Counted from the first letter of the stretch, positions 47,392 through 57,503 are shown. The stretch is DNA of 64,000 nt from Nitrospirota bacterium (GCA_963663225.1 OY760142.1:948333-1012332); one strand, 5' to 3'. The notes: a model not told the origin generated them from the letters alone. A program made the numbers and translations.

Positions 47392-48642
47392 GTGTCAGGA
47401 ACAACGGAGAAAGAAACATATATTCAAGCGCTGTTTGCGGATCGCCTCGGAGGTGCGCTGTTCGGCAAAGAGCAGAAAATCTATAAATTTGAAAAAATCA
47501 AACGCGCCAAGCGGGCCGCACTTGCCGCGCATCCCGGCATGGAACTGATCGATTTTGGGGTGGGAGAACCTGATGAGATGGCGTTTCCGGGTATAGTCAG
47601 GGCTCTTCAGCAGGAAACAGAAAGACCCCAGAACCGGGGCTACGCAGACAACGGTATCCAGGAGTTCAAGGATGCCGCCGCGCGCTATCTTCAAAACGTC
47701 TACGGCATTACCGGACTCAACCCGGAAACCGAAGTGCTGCATTGCATCGGGAGCAAACCGGCGCTTGCAATGTTTCCGGCAGTATTCATTAATCCCGGCG
47801 ATATCACGCTGATGACGGTTCCGGGATACCCCATTATGGGGACACATACCCGCTGGTACGGGGGAGACGTGGTTAATCTGCCGCTTCTCGAACAAAATGG
47901 TTTTCTTCCCGATTTCGAAGCACTCTCTGATGACGTGAAAAAACGCGCAAAGCTCCTCTATATCAATTACCCGAACAATCCAACCGGTGCAGGCGCGACC
48001 AGGGCTTTTTTTGAAACCGTGGTGGCTTTCGCAAAAGCAAACAACATTGTAGTAGTTCACGACGCTGCATATGCCGCGCTGGCCTATGGATCAAAGCCGC
48101 TTTCATTTCTTTCCGTAGCCAGCGCAAAAGATGTGGGAGTAGAAATTCACTCTTTGTCGAAGGCGTATAATATGACCGGCTGGCGTCTGGGTTTTGTTGC
48201 GGGAAACGAACGCGTCATTGCGGGTTATGGAAACGTCAAGGACAATTACGACTCAGGGCAGTTCAAGGCAATCCAGATGGCGGGCGTGCACGCTCTGGAC
48301 CATCCTGAGATAACGTCCGAAATCACCGCAAAATACGAGCGCAGACTGCAAGCCATGGTTTCCGTCCTTGCAGGAATGGGGTTCAACGCCAAGATGCCTG
48401 CGGGCACTTTCTATCTGTATGTCAAAATGCCGAAAGGCATCAAAAACGGCAGACGGTTTTCAAATGCGGAGGAATTTTCCGAATTTCTTATTTCGGAGAA
48501 ACTCATCAGCACCGTGCCGTGGGACGATGCGGGATCGTATGTCCGCTTCTCCGCTACGTTTGTGTCGAATGGCAGAAAAGATGAGCAACGAGTGCTCGAC
48601 GAATTCGGGAAAAGAATGAGCGGCCTTCAATTTGAGTTTTAA
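47392..48642 (+). CDS. dapL: class I/II aminotransferase, likely LL-diaminopimelate aminotransferase (DapL)
   Basis: PLP aminotransferase fold (YINYPNNPTG, SLSKAYNMTGWRLG with the PLP Lys). Its placement in the dap/lys cluster supports DapL. The GTG start at 47392 is 8 nt after an AAGGAGG RBS. Confidence 0.65.
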   Translation: MSGTTEKETYIQALFADRLGGALFGKEQKIYKFEKIKRAKRAALAAHPGMELIDFGVGEPDEMAFPGIVRALQQETERPQNRGYADNGIQEFKDAAARYLQNVYGITGLNPETEVLHCIGSKPALAMFPAVFINPGDITLMTVPGYPIMGTHTRWYGGDVVNLPLLEQNGFLPDFEALSDDVKKRAKLLYINYPNNPTGAGATRAFFETVVAFAKANNIVVVHDAAYAALAYGSKPLSFLSVASAKDVGVEIHSLSKAYNMTGWRLGFVAGNERVIAGYGNVKDNYDSGQFKAIQMAGVHALDHPEITSEITAKYERRLQAMVSVLAGMGFNAKMPAGTFYLYVKMPKGIKNGRRFSNAEEFSEFLISEKLISTVPWDDAGSYVRFSATFVSNGRKDEQRVLDEFGKRMSGLQFEF

Positions 48643-48706
48643 AATAGAAGCGGCGTTCCTGAAGAGGCAATGCGTCACGTGCGGAGGGCGCTGAAACGGA
48701 TTTTTC

Positions 48707-49207
48707 ATGCCGACCATAGCGTATATCGGTTTAGGCTCAAATAGGGGAGATAAAGCAGGCAATTGCCTGCGGGCCCTTAATCTCTTGCGTGAAGCAGGCC
48801 GCGTAAAAAAAACTTCTTCTTTTTACGGCACCGAGCCGGTAGGCTTTCGCAACCAGGAGGATTTCATCAACGCAGTCGCGGAATTGCACACGGATCTTTC
48901 GGCCGGCCAGCTGCTTGAAGCCTGTCGTGACATTGAAAACAAGCTGGGACGCAGCAGAACACTCCGCTGGGGACCGCGGACAATCGACCTTGATATTCTG
49001 CTGTACGGAGATGTCGTGATGGAGACCTCCGATCTTACAATACCGCATCCGTTACTGGCATCCCGCAGGTTCGTGCTTGTCCCTTTGTGTGAAATCGCAC
49101 CGCAGGTAGTGCATCCGGTTCTGCAAAAAACGGCGTCACGTCTGCTCGCAGAACTGGATGATCCTCATCGTGTTGCAGCGTGCAGCTGCCGAAAAAACCA
49201 TGATTAG
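48707..49207 (+). CDS. folK: 2-amino-4-hydroxy-6-hydroxymethyldihydropteridine diphosphokinase
   Basis: HPPK family (IGLGSNRGD...TIDLDILLYG...PHPLL). Confidence 0.85.
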   Translation: MPTIAYIGLGSNRGDKAGNCLRALNLLREAGRVKKTSSFYGTEPVGFRNQEDFINAVAELHTDLSAGQLLEACRDIENKLGRSRTLRWGPRTIDLDILLYGDVVMETSDLTIPHPLLASRRFVLVPLCEIAPQVVHPVLQKTASRLLAELDDPHRVAACSCRKNHD

Positions 49208-49868
49208 AAAACCTGATGCCGTTTCTCAAGCAAAGTACATCGTAACCGAAGGACCGATCGGCGTGGGGAAAACAAGCCTTACCGGCCTGCTTGCGGAGGA
49301 ACTTGGGGCCCGCTTGATTCTTGAGCGGGCGGAAGAAAACCCCTTTCTTCCCGATTTTTATCGTGAGCCGGAACGCTTTCGTTTTCAAACCCAGATGTTC
49401 TTTCTCCTGAACAGATTCATCCAGCAGCAGGAGATGAACCAGCCTGATCTGTTCACGCAGATCACCATCAGCGATTATCTGTTCGACAAAGACCGCATCT
49501 TTGCCTATCTTAACCTCAGCGACAATGAGCTCGCACTGTACGAGCAGTTCTACAAAATACTCGAGCCCAACATCGTTCGGCCCGATCTTGTCATTTTTTT
49601 GCAGGCGGATACGGATACTCTTCTCCGGCGCATCAGGCAGCGCGCCAGATCATTTGAAAAACAGGTCAATCAGGACTACATCGCCGCCGTAAATGAAGCT
49701 TACAACCAGTTCTTCTTTCGCTACAGCGACACCCCTCTTCTTGTCATCAACACTTCAGATATCGATTTTGTTCACCGGCGGGAAGATCTTGATGATTTGC
49801 TCAAGCAGATATTGAGCATGAAACAGGGCACGCAATATTACGTGCCGAGGTCAAAAGGAAGAAAGTAG
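49200..49868 (+). CDS. deoxynucleoside kinase (dAK/dCK/dGK family)
   Basis: P-loop EGPIGVGKTS and the dNK-family ERS-like motif. The start ATG at 49200 overlaps the folK end by 8 nt. Confidence 0.8.
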   Translation: MIRKPDAVSQAKYIVTEGPIGVGKTSLTGLLAEELGARLILERAEENPFLPDFYREPERFRFQTQMFFLLNRFIQQQEMNQPDLFTQITISDYLFDKDRIFAYLNLSDNELALYEQFYKILEPNIVRPDLVIFLQADTDTLLRRIRQRARSFEKQVNQDYIAAVNEAYNQFFFRYSDTPLLVINTSDIDFVHRREDLDDLLKQILSMKQGTQYYVPRSKGRK

Positions 49869-49963
49869 CAACACCTTGTGCCTGCCGTTTTTTTCAACAT
49901 CGCTCCAGAACACCCTGCTTCACGCGCAACAAAAAATCTTTTGACAGACCATTCCACTCTTTT

Positions 49964-51439
49964 TTAGCGCTTTCCTCCACCCAGGATCGATCCAAGCACT
50001 CCCCTGATAATTTGGCGTCCTATTTGACTTCCGATGGCATGTGCGGCACTCTTTGCCATGGCACCGACAATCTTGGCGGCTTCTGATTGCGGTTCAGCAG
50101 CCTTTCCCCGCCGCGTCGGCGCGCCCGGCTCCTGACCCTGCTCTTCCTCGGCTTCCGCGGTGCGCTGTTTCAGTTTTTCGTAAGCAGACTCACGGTCAAC
50201 CGCTTTTTCATAATGTCCGAACAAATCGGACGCTTTGATAATTTCCATCCGCTCTTCAGATGTCAGGGGAGCAAGCCGGCTTCGCGGCGGGCAGACAAAT
50301 GCCCGTTCCACGACAGTGGGAGAACCTTTTGCGTCAAGCACGGAAATAAGCGCTTCGCCGACACCGAGTTCCGTGATAACTTTTGCCACGTCCAGATTCG
50401 GATTGGGGCGGAACGTGTCGGCTGCGGCCTTGACCGTTTTTTGGTCCTTTGGCGTAAAAGCGCGAAGAGCATGCTGGACCCGGTTTCCCAACTGGCCCAG
50501 AACCGTTTCGGGCACATCGAGCGGATTCTGCGTTATAAAATACACCCCTACGCCTTTGGAGCGAATAAGCCTCACCACCTGTTCTATTTTATCTTCCAGG
50601 GCTTTCGGTGCGTCATCGAACAGCAGATGGGCCTCATCAAAGAAGAACACGATCTTTGGTTTCTCAGGATCACCGACTTCAGGAAGGGTCTCGAAAAGCT
50701 CCGCCAGCATCCAAAGAAGGAAGGTGGCATACAGTTTTGGCGACTGCAGAAGCTTTTCCGCAGCAAGAATGTTGACCATCCCCCTGCCTACCGCATCGGT
50801 TTGCATGAGGTCCGCAAGATTCAGGGCGGGCTCTCCGAAAAACGCCTCACCGCCCTGCTCCTCAATTCCGAGCAGACCGCGCTGGATGGCCCCGATGCTC
50901 GCCGTAGAAATATTGCCATACTGGGTTTTGAATTTGTCCGCGTTGTCGCCCACAAATTGAGCCATGGCGCGAAGATCCTTAAGGTCCAAAAGGAGCATGC
51001 CGTTATCATCGGCGACTTTGAAAATAATGGAGAGCACACCGCTCTGAATTTCATTCAGTTTCAAAACACGGGAAAGCAGAAGCGGTCCCATTTCTGAGAT
51101 CGTAGTGCGGACCGGGTGCCCCTGCAGACCGAACAGATCCCAGAAGGCGGTCGGACAATTCTCAAAAGCAAATCCGTCGATCCCCAGCTGTTTTGCGCGT
51201 GAGGCAAAATCCGGTTTGTCGCCGCCGGCTTTTGCAATGCCGGTAAGGTCGCCTTTTACATCCGCTAGAAAAACCGGCACGCCGATCCTGCTGAACTGTT
51301 CCGCCATGACGCGAAGCGTCACGGTTTTGCCGGTGCCGGTGGCACCGGCAATCAGGCCATGTCGGTTGGCCATGCTCGGAAGAATTGCGATGTCCTCTTT
51401 TGCTTTTGCGATAAGAAGTGCTTCCGTTTTTTTTGCCAT
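49964..51439 (-). CDS. HerA/FtsK-superfamily ATPase, YjgR-like (DUF853)
   Basis: Walker A GATGTGKT and Walker [13 protein letters not shown]. The overall length and architecture match E. coli YjgR-type proteins. Confidence 0.75.
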   Translation of the reverse strand: MAKKTEALLIAKAKEDIAILPSMANRHGLIAGATGTGKTVTLRVMAEQFSRIGVPVFLADVKGDLTGIAKAGGDKPDFASRAKQLGIDGFAFENCPTAFWDLFGLQGHPVRTTISEMGPLLLSRVLKLNEIQSGVLSIIFKVADDNGMLLLDLKDLRAMAQFVGDNADKFKTQYGNISTASIGAIQRGLLGIEEQGGEAFFGEPALNLADLMQTDAVGRGMVNILAAEKLLQSPKLYATFLLWMLAELFETLPEVGDPEKPKIVFFFDEAHLLFDDAPKALEDKIEQVVRLIRSKGVGVYFITQNPLDVPETVLGQLGNRVQHALRAFTPKDQKTVKAAADTFRPNPNLDVAKVITELGVGEALISVLDAKGSPTVVERAFVCPPRSRLAPLTSEERMEIIKASDLFGHYEKAVDRESAYEKLKQRTAEAEEEQGQEPGAPTRRGKAAEPQSEAAKIVGAMAKSAAHAIGSQIGRQIIRGVLGSILGGGKR

Positions 51440-51617
51440 AGTGCCTCCGCGGAGAACCTGTCGTAAAAATAGAGAAACAGCCTGCTTAGAAACGATGATC
51501 GAATTATTCCATAAACATTTTTCGAAAGCAAGCGCTTAATAATTTTGCAACCGAAGAACACCCCTCAACACTTTCCAATTGCGGTTTCTTGTCTTTTTGT
51601 GTAAGATCAGCGTATCC

Positions 51618-52559
51618 ATGCCACGCTACATTCTGAATCGGATACTTCTTTTTATCCCCACGCTTATCGGCATAACGCTCATTACTTTTATCCTTATGCA
51701 GTCTCTGCCGGGCGATCCTGTCCAGGGTATGGCCGGTGAACGGGCAAATCCGGAAACGCTGGCGAGGATCCGCGCGGAACTCGGCAGCGACAAACCGCTG
51801 GCCGCCCAATATCTGGGTTACCTGAAACTCATTGCCGTCGGTGAACTCGGACGTTCATACTATACCAACCGCAAAATCAACGACGACCTAGTGCAAAAAT
51901 TTCCGAACACGCTGAAGCTCGCTGCCGCGGCCATGCTGTTCGCTTCGGTGTTCGGGATCGGCATGGGCGTAATCGCAGCAGTCAAACAAGGCACTGTCTG
52001 GGACCGGCTGATACTGCTCGTTTCCGTGGGAGGGATTTCCATTCCGGTTTTTTGGCTCGGCCTCGCCCTGATGCTTATTTTCGCCTTCTATCTCCAGTGG
52101 CTTCCGCCGTCGGGCATGGGCAACGGCAGTTTTCTTCATATCATTCTCCCTGCCGCAACGCTCGGAACATTTTCGCTTTCTTATATTGCGCGCGTAACAC
52201 GCTCCTCCATGCTGGAATCGCTTTCTCAGCCGTATGTAGCCGCAGCCCGCGCCAAGGGGCTTTCCGAAACACAGGTGGTGCTCAAGCACGCGCTTAAAAA
52301 TTCTCTCATCCCGATCGTAACCCTGATCGGCTTGGACCTCGGCTCATATCTGAACGGCGCGGTCCTGACCGAAACTATTTTCGGGTGGGACGGGCTCGGC
52401 AGGTACGCGCTCGACGGCATTCTGAAGCGGGATTATCCGGTGATCATGGGCGTCGTTCTTTTTGGATCCCTGGTCTTTGTGACCATAAATCTGCTGGTAG
52501 ATATTTCGTACCAGTTTCTGGATCCGCGGGTGCGCGAAAAGCAGGCACGAAATGCTTGA
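51618..52559 (+). CDS. peptide/nickel ABC transporter permease (DppB/OppB type)
   Basis: Six-TM BPD-transport permease with EAA-like loop (...YVAAARAKGLSE...). The start ATG is at 51618. Confidence 0.85.
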   Translation: MPRYILNRILLFIPTLIGITLITFILMQSLPGDPVQGMAGERANPETLARIRAELGSDKPLAAQYLGYLKLIAVGELGRSYYTNRKINDDLVQKFPNTLKLAAAAMLFASVFGIGMGVIAAVKQGTVWDRLILLVSVGGISIPVFWLGLALMLIFAFYLQWLPPSGMGNGSFLHIILPAATLGTFSLSYIARVTRSSMLESLSQPYVAAARAKGLSETQVVLKHALKNSLIPIVTLIGLDLGSYLNGAVLTETIFGWDGLGRYALDGILKRDYPVIMGVVLFGSLVFVTINLLVDISYQFLDPRVREKQARNA

Positions 52560-52603
52560 CGCACGTTCCGGGGGACAAAAGGCAAAATGAAGTTTTTTGC
52601 ACA

Positions 52604-53452
52604 ATGAAAGCCATGCTCCATTCTTCTGCGCACAAAAAAGCTGCGGCAAACATTCCTGCGATTATTGCGGCTGTTTTGCTTGTTCTGCTTGTACTGACAG
52701 CGCTCGTCGGTCCCTCTTTGGTTTCCTTTGACCCGCTTGCCATGGATCTCAACAAGATCAAGCAGCCGCCGGATACAACGCACTATCTCGGGACGGACAG
52801 CAAGGGAAGAGATATCCTTTCCCGGATTGTTTCCGGCGCGCGCATTTCTTTGGCAGTAGGAATCGCCTCGTCTGCGCTGTCCTTGTGTATCGGCATTTTT
52901 TTCGGACTGATCGCGGGATACTTCGGCGGCAAGACGGACATCATCCTCTCTCAGATTTTCGATATTTTTCTTGCATTTCCCAGCCTTCTTCTTGCCATCG
53001 GCATCAGTGCCGTCATGACGCCGCCAGGCCTCACCTCTGCCATGCTTGCAATCACGCTTGTCGGCTGGGCCGGTTTCGCGCGGCTGGTGCGCGGCATCAC
53101 GCTTACACTGAAGGAGCAGACCTACGTGGATGCATCAAAAGCGATGGGGGCCACACCGGCACGGATTCTGTATAAGCATATTCTGCCGAACGCGATTCCC
53201 TTGCTGCTCGTGGCAGGCAGTCTGCGTGTCGGTGGATTTATTCTGCTGGAAGCATCACTTTCATTCCTCGGCCTCGGCGTCCAGCCGCCCACGCCGACCT
53301 GGGGCTCTATGATCAGCCTGAACCGCGACTATATCAACTCCGCCCCCTGGATGGTGATTTTTCCCGGCATCGCTATCTGTATCACAGTAATCAGCTTCAA
53401 CATCATCGGCGATTTTCTGAGAGACAGACTTGATCCAAGGATGCGTATATAG
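52604..53452 (+). CDS. peptide/nickel ABC transporter permease (DppC/OppC type)
   Basis: DppC-type permease with the conserved YVDASKAMGA loop. It overlaps the preceding gene in the raw ORF, so the start was moved to the ATG at 52604. Confidence 0.85.
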   Translation: MKAMLHSSAHKKAAANIPAIIAAVLLVLLVLTALVGPSLVSFDPLAMDLNKIKQPPDTTHYLGTDSKGRDILSRIVSGARISLAVGIASSALSLCIGIFFGLIAGYFGGKTDIILSQIFDIFLAFPSLLLAIGISAVMTPPGLTSAMLAITLVGWAGFARLVRGITLTLKEQTYVDASKAMGATPARILYKHILPNAIPLLLVAGSLRVGGFILLEASLSFLGLGVQPPTPTWGSMISLNRDYINSAPWMVIFPGIAICITVISFNIIGDFLRDRLDPRMRI

Positions 53453-53513
53453 AAATGCGGGAAACCGCACTGCCCCTGTACAAAATTATCGTTAACAACC
53501 CGAGCACGCAAAT

Positions 53514-54332
53514 ATGAATGTCCGCGCAAAAAAATCTCTGGGCCAGAACTTTCTTAAGGATCCTTACTATCATCACAAAATAGCAACCGCAGCACAGCTA
53601 GGTTCCGGGGATCTGGTTCTCGAAATCGGGCCGGGACTGGGCCATTTAACCGCTGTACTTGTGGAGAAGGCAAAAAAGGTTCTTGCAATTGAACTGGATG
53701 AAAGGCTCATACCTGTTTTGCGCCGGCAATTCTCCGGACAAAAACAGGTTGAAATAGTCCAGGCAGACGCGCTTGAGTATCCGTATGCCGGTTTGACAGG
53801 ACAATGGAAGGTCGTTGCCAATCTTCCCTATTACATATCAACACCTATTATCCAGAAACTCCTTGCCCATCGCGAAAAATTTTTCAGTCTCACGCTTATG
53901 CTGCAAAAGGAAGTCGCCCGGCGAATTTCCGCATCGCCGGGAGGAAAGGATTACGGCTATCTTTCCGTTTTGGTCCAGTTATATGCTGAACCCAGAATAG
54001 AATTCAGCGTGCCGCCGGAAGCCTTTTCACCAAAACCAGAAGTGGATTCAGCGGTCATCACTCTTGTGATCCGCAGCCGCCCGGCTGTTTCGCTTCGGGA
54101 TGAGGCCTTTTTTATCCGGGTAGTCAAGGCAGCGTTTTCCCAGCGCAGAAAAACCCTTCGCAATGCCCTCAAGCAGCTTGATATTCCGCAAGAGAAGATG
54201 GAAACAAGTCTGGATAAAACAGGCGTTGACCTGGGCCGACGGGCTGAAACCCTGACCGTGGAGGAATTTGGAAGACTGGCGGACTTCCTCAGTGGAGCCC
54301 CTTCCGGCACGAGCCGGGGGCTCCTTCGATAA
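53514..54332 (+). CDS. rsmA: 16S rRNA (adenine1518-N6/adenine1519-N6)-dimethyltransferase
   Basis: KsgA N-terminus KSLGQNFLKDP and the SAM motif LEIGPGLG. The last roughly 14 codons and the stop codon are contributed by the REP-like element. Confidence 0.9.
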   Translation: MNVRAKKSLGQNFLKDPYYHHKIATAAQLGSGDLVLEIGPGLGHLTAVLVEKAKKVLAIELDERLIPVLRRQFSGQKQVEIVQADALEYPYAGLTGQWKVVANLPYYISTPIIQKLLAHREKFFSLTLMLQKEVARRISASPGGKDYGYLSVLVQLYAEPRIEFSVPPEAFSPKPEVDSAVITLVIRSRPAVSLRDEAFFIRVVKAAFSQRRKTLRNALKQLDIPQEKMETSLDKTGVDLGRRAETLTVEEFGRLADFLSGAPSGTSRGLLR

Positions 54333-54405
54333 ACGCGACCTCCCGCGACTTACTGCATTCCTCCCCTGGCAGGCGCCAAGGGATTCCATGTCGCAGGGAT
54401 TGATA
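54289..54405 (+). repeat. REP/MITE-like about 120-bp element, copy 2
   Basis: Aligns base-for-base with 9283..9406. The differences preserve hairpins. Confidence 0.6.
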
Positions 54406-54488
54406 CCGTGTAGTTCGGGAAACGTTATTCCTGTTTCAAATACTGGGCGTTTTTGCGATTTCCGCGCGCTTAAAAAATGCTTTTGCCC

Positions 54489-54517
54489 TTGACACTCAAT
54501 CTGGTTTTGTATATAGT
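54489..54517 (+). promoter_or_regulatory. near-consensus sigma70 promoter (TTGACA-17-TATAGT) for the tRNA-Gln/tRNA-Glu operon
   Basis: -35 TTGACA at 54489-54494, a 17-nt spacer, and -10 TATAGT at 54512-54517. The tRNA 5' end is at 54537. Confidence 0.5.
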
Positions 54518-54536
54518 GCTAAATCTGAATTCACCC

Positions 54537-54610
54537 TGGGGGATCGTCCAGTGGTAGGACGACAGGCTCTGAACCTGTTTACGGGGGTTCGAATCCTCCT
54601 CCCCCAACCA
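54537..54610 (+). tRNA. tRNA-Gln (anticodon CTG)
   Basis: Cloverleaf with acceptor TGGGGGA/TCCCCCA and anticodon loop CUCUGAA. CCA is encoded. Confidence 0.85.
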
Positions 54611-54672
54611 TACAACCACCAATTGTAAAATTTGCTCTTTTTACAATTTTCAGCCAAAATCTTTTCCAAGCT

Positions 54673-54748
54673 GGTCCCATCGTCTAGCGGCCTAGGACGC
54701 TGGCCTCTCACGCCGGAGACACGGGTTCGATTCCCGTTGGGACCACCA
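54673..54748 (+). tRNA. tRNA-Glu (anticodon CTC)
   Basis: GGTCCCATCGTCTAGCGGCCTAGGACGCTGGCCTCTCACGCCGG...TTCGATTCCCGTTGGGACCACCA. Anticodon loop CUCUCAC. Confidence 0.85.
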
Positions 54749-54862
54749 AGTTGCCAGGCCATCTCAGCATTCTTCCATCAACGTTTTCTGCAAATTTTAC
54801 TGAGACCAACCGCTAAGAACCTGCTGCAACTTCTCCTTATCTTATGCGGCCCGCAACATCAT

Positions 54863-55681
54863 TTATTTGAAAGACCGCTGCCTCACTGCCTCATAAAGAA
54901 TGACGGCTGCTGCGGTGGCGACGTTCAGCGATTCAATAGTTTCCGCCATGGGGATGCGAACAAGCCAATCCACGTTTTCCGTCATTTCCTGCGGCAACCC
55001 TCCCCCCTCCTGGCCCAGAATTACGAGTGTCGGTTTCGTCAGATCAACGCCAAAATGCGCTTTTTCGCCTGTTAATACCGTTGCAACTGTCTGAAAACCC
55101 CTCCGTCTGCATTCTTGCATAAAAGCATCTCCGCTGTGAATATGCACAATGGGCAGGCGGAGTGCGCTGCCCATTGAAGCCCGCAGAGATTTTGCGTTGA
55201 ATGGGTCTACGGTCCTGGAAGTAAGAGCCACTCCTGCTGCTCCTGCCGCTTCCGCAGTCCTGATAATGGTGCCGAGGTTGCCGGGGTCCTGAAGCTGGTG
55301 CAGCATGACAATGAGCTTTGAAGCGTGGCCAAACAATTCCTCTTCCGCATGCTCTTTGATGTTTGCCACGGCCAAAACAGGCTGAGGCGTTTTGCTTTCG
55401 GATATGGCATTCATCAGGCGTTCTGATATCCAGCAAATTTCCGCTGACTTCCCTTCTGCAAGCTTCAAAACACCTTTTCCATGATGCCGGACAAGATCAG
55501 GCGTCGCGACGACCAGGGCAATTCCGAGATCTTCCCGCAGCGCTTCTTCAACCATTTTGAAGCCTTCGATTAAAAACGCGTGCTTTTGTTTCCGGACTTT
55601 CGGATCGGAGAGCGAGTGCAAATACTTGACAATGCTGTTTTCTTTGCTGGTGATGGGGTTGTGCGGAGTGGTTTGCTGCAT
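54863..55681 (-). CDS. TrmH/SpoU family RNA 2'-O-methyltransferase (RlmB-like)
   Basis: SPOUT motifs (LDQVQDPGNLG-like LHQLQDPGNLGTIIRTAEAAG ; LILGQEGGGL ; SLNVATAAAVILYE). The start was moved to the ATG at 55681. The upstream extension is AT-rich and lacks an RBS. Confidence 0.8.
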   Translation of the reverse strand: MQQTTPHNPITSKENSIVKYLHSLSDPKVRKQKHAFLIEGFKMVEEALREDLGIALVVATPDLVRHHGKGVLKLAEGKSAEICWISERLMNAISESKTPQPVLAVANIKEHAEEELFGHASKLIVMLHQLQDPGNLGTIIRTAEAAGAAGVALTSRTVDPFNAKSLRASMGSALRLPIVHIHSGDAFMQECRRRGFQTVATVLTGEKAHFGVDLTKPTLVILGQEGGGLPQEMTENVDWLVRIPMAETIESLNVATAAAVILYEAVRQRSFK

Positions 55682-55851
55682 GGCCGGAAGTATATCATAA
55701 TCATGTTTGTTCGCGAACAAAATATTTTTTGTCCGGCTCAGGAGGAAGAGAAAAAGCTGGAGAATAATATACTTGACAAAATTGGTCAAGTTTGTTATGG
55801 TTATCTCAACAAAAGCGCACAAGAGATGAAAGGCAACTTCAGAGGAGACGC

Positions 55852-56319
55852 ATGAAGCTGTCTACAAAAGGAAAATACGGGGTCAGGGCAGTCGTAGAAA
55901 TTGCCCGTCATTATGGTCAAGGTCCGATAACGATCAAGGAAATTGCGGAGCGGCAGGGCATTTCGTTCTCCTATCTTGAACAAATCCTGCACCGATTGGG
56001 AAAAGCCGGGCTTATTGAGAGCGTCCGCGGTCCATCGGGAGGGTACCTACTTGCGAAAAAACCTGCGGAACTGACCGTAGGAGACATTGTCCGGGTGCTG
56101 GAAGGCCCCATTGCATTATCGCATTGTCTTGAACCGGGAGAGTCAACCGAGTGCCACCAGACGGATGACTGCGTCGCGAGGATGGTATGGGCAAAAGTCG
56201 GAGCAAAGCTGGAAGAAGCGCTCGACAGCATCAGCTTCGAAGATCTTCTGCACCGGCAACCGTCCGTTCCGATAAAGTCAAGAAAGAAGACGCCATCAGC
56301 AGGAAGGAGGGCTTGTTAA
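55852..56319 (+). CDS. iscR: Rrf2 family Fe-S transcriptional regulator (IscR-like)
   Basis: Rrf2 HTH (ITIKEIAERQGISFSYLEQIL) and three Cys ligands (C-x9-C-x5-C). GAGGAG RBS. Confidence 0.8.
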   Translation: MKLSTKGKYGVRAVVEIARHYGQGPITIKEIAERQGISFSYLEQILHRLGKAGLIESVRGPSGGYLLAKKPAELTVGDIVRVLEGPIALSHCLEPGESTECHQTDDCVARMVWAKVGAKLEEALDSISFEDLLHRQPSVPIKSRKKTPSAGRRAC

Positions 56320-56321
56320 TT

Positions 56322-57503
56322 ATGAGAAAAGTGTATCTAGACCACGCAGCCACGACACCGGTGCATCCGAAAGTGCTGGAGGCCATGCTTCCGTTTTTTA
56401 CCGTGAAGTTCGGCAACCCCTCGAACCTGCATGATGTAGGACGGGACGCCAAGAATGCGGTAGAAGAGGCCAGAGTTGCAACTGCCGGGCTTATCGGCGC
56501 GAAACCGGAAGAGATCTTTTTTACGTCGAGCGGTGCGGAATCCAATAATTTCGCCATAAAAGGATTGGTGCAGGCCAATAACCAGAAGGGCAACCATATC
56601 ATTGTTTCGCAAATTGAGCACTTTTCCGTCCTCCATCCTGTGAAAACGCTTGAAAAGGCCGGGTTTAAAGTCACCTATATCGACACCGACAAAACAGGTC
56701 TGGTAAATCCGGACGACATCGCGAAGGCCATCACGAAAGAAACCATTCTCGTTTCGATTATGCACGCAAACAACGAAATCGGGACCATTGAACCCATTGA
56801 AGAAATATCTAAAATCACGAAAGAAAAGGGCGTGCTGCTGCATACGGATGCGGTTGCGTCCGTTGGTTGGGTCCCCGTAAACGTACAAGAGCTGGGCGTG
56901 GACGCTCTTTCACTTTCCGGCCACCAGTTCTACGGACCGAAAGGAGCCGCAGCGTTGTATGTCCGGAAAGGCGTACGCATTAAACCGCAATTGGAGGGCG
57001 GCATCCAGGAAGATGGACGACGTGCAGGAACGGAGAACGTTCCCGGCATTGTCGGTCTGGGCAAAGCTGCCGAACTTGCTGCAGCGGACATTCCCCGCAG
57101 GATGACATATGTTTCTGCCCTCAGAGACAGGCTTCAAAAAGGTCTTGTGGCAAAAATAGACCACATCGTAATCAACGGCCATCCGGTAAAGAGGCTGCCG
57201 CACAATCTGAACCTGTCCATGTGGTATGTGGAGGGAGAGTCCATGCTCCTGTTTCTGAATATGCAGGGAATCTCGGTCTCCAGCGGATCAGCCTGCACTT
57301 CGCGCGCCCTCAAATCGTCTCACGTTTTAGTGTGCATCGGCACCGACGCAGCAGTGGCCAATGGAACGCTGCTTTTGTCGCTGGGGACGGGAAATACCGA
57401 AGAAGATATTGACTATGTCATAGAAACGCTGCCTCCCATTGTCCAGCGGTTGCGGGAGATGTCGCCTCTCTATGAAGACATGCTAAAAAAAGAAAAAGCT
57501 TAA
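56322..57503 (+). CDS. nifS: cysteine desulfurase (NifS/IscS)
   Basis: Class V aminotransferase fold with the PLP Lys (SLSGHQF context) and the active Cys loop (SSGSACTS). GGAAGGAGGG RBS. Confidence 0.9.
   Translation: MRKVYLDHAATTPVHPKVLEAMLPFFTVKFGNPSNLHDVGRDAKNAVEEARVATAGLIGAKPEEIFFTSSGAESNNFAIKGLVQANNQKGNHIIVSQIEHFSVLHPVKTLEKAGFKVTYIDTDKTGLVNPDDIAKAITKETILVSIMHANNEIGTIEPIEEISKITKEKGVLLHTDAVASVGWVPVNVQELGVDALSLSGHQFYGPKGAAALYVRKGVRIKPQLEGGIQEDGRRAGTENVPGIVGLGKAAELAAADIPRRMTYVSALRDRLQKGLVAKIDHIVINGHPVKRLPHNLNLSMWYVEGESMLLFLNMQGISVSSGSACTSRALKSSHVLVCIGTDAAVANGTLLLSLGTGNTEEDIDYVIETLPPIVQRLREMSPLYEDMLKKEKA

Noticed and set aside
50087-51097. Plus-strand ORFs of 336 and 241 aa
   Set aside because: They are antisense to the YjgR-like ATPase, whose Walker motifs define the true frame.
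54632-55075. 147-aa plus-strand ORF
   Set aside because: It begins inside tRNA-Glu and is antisense to the trmH-family gene.
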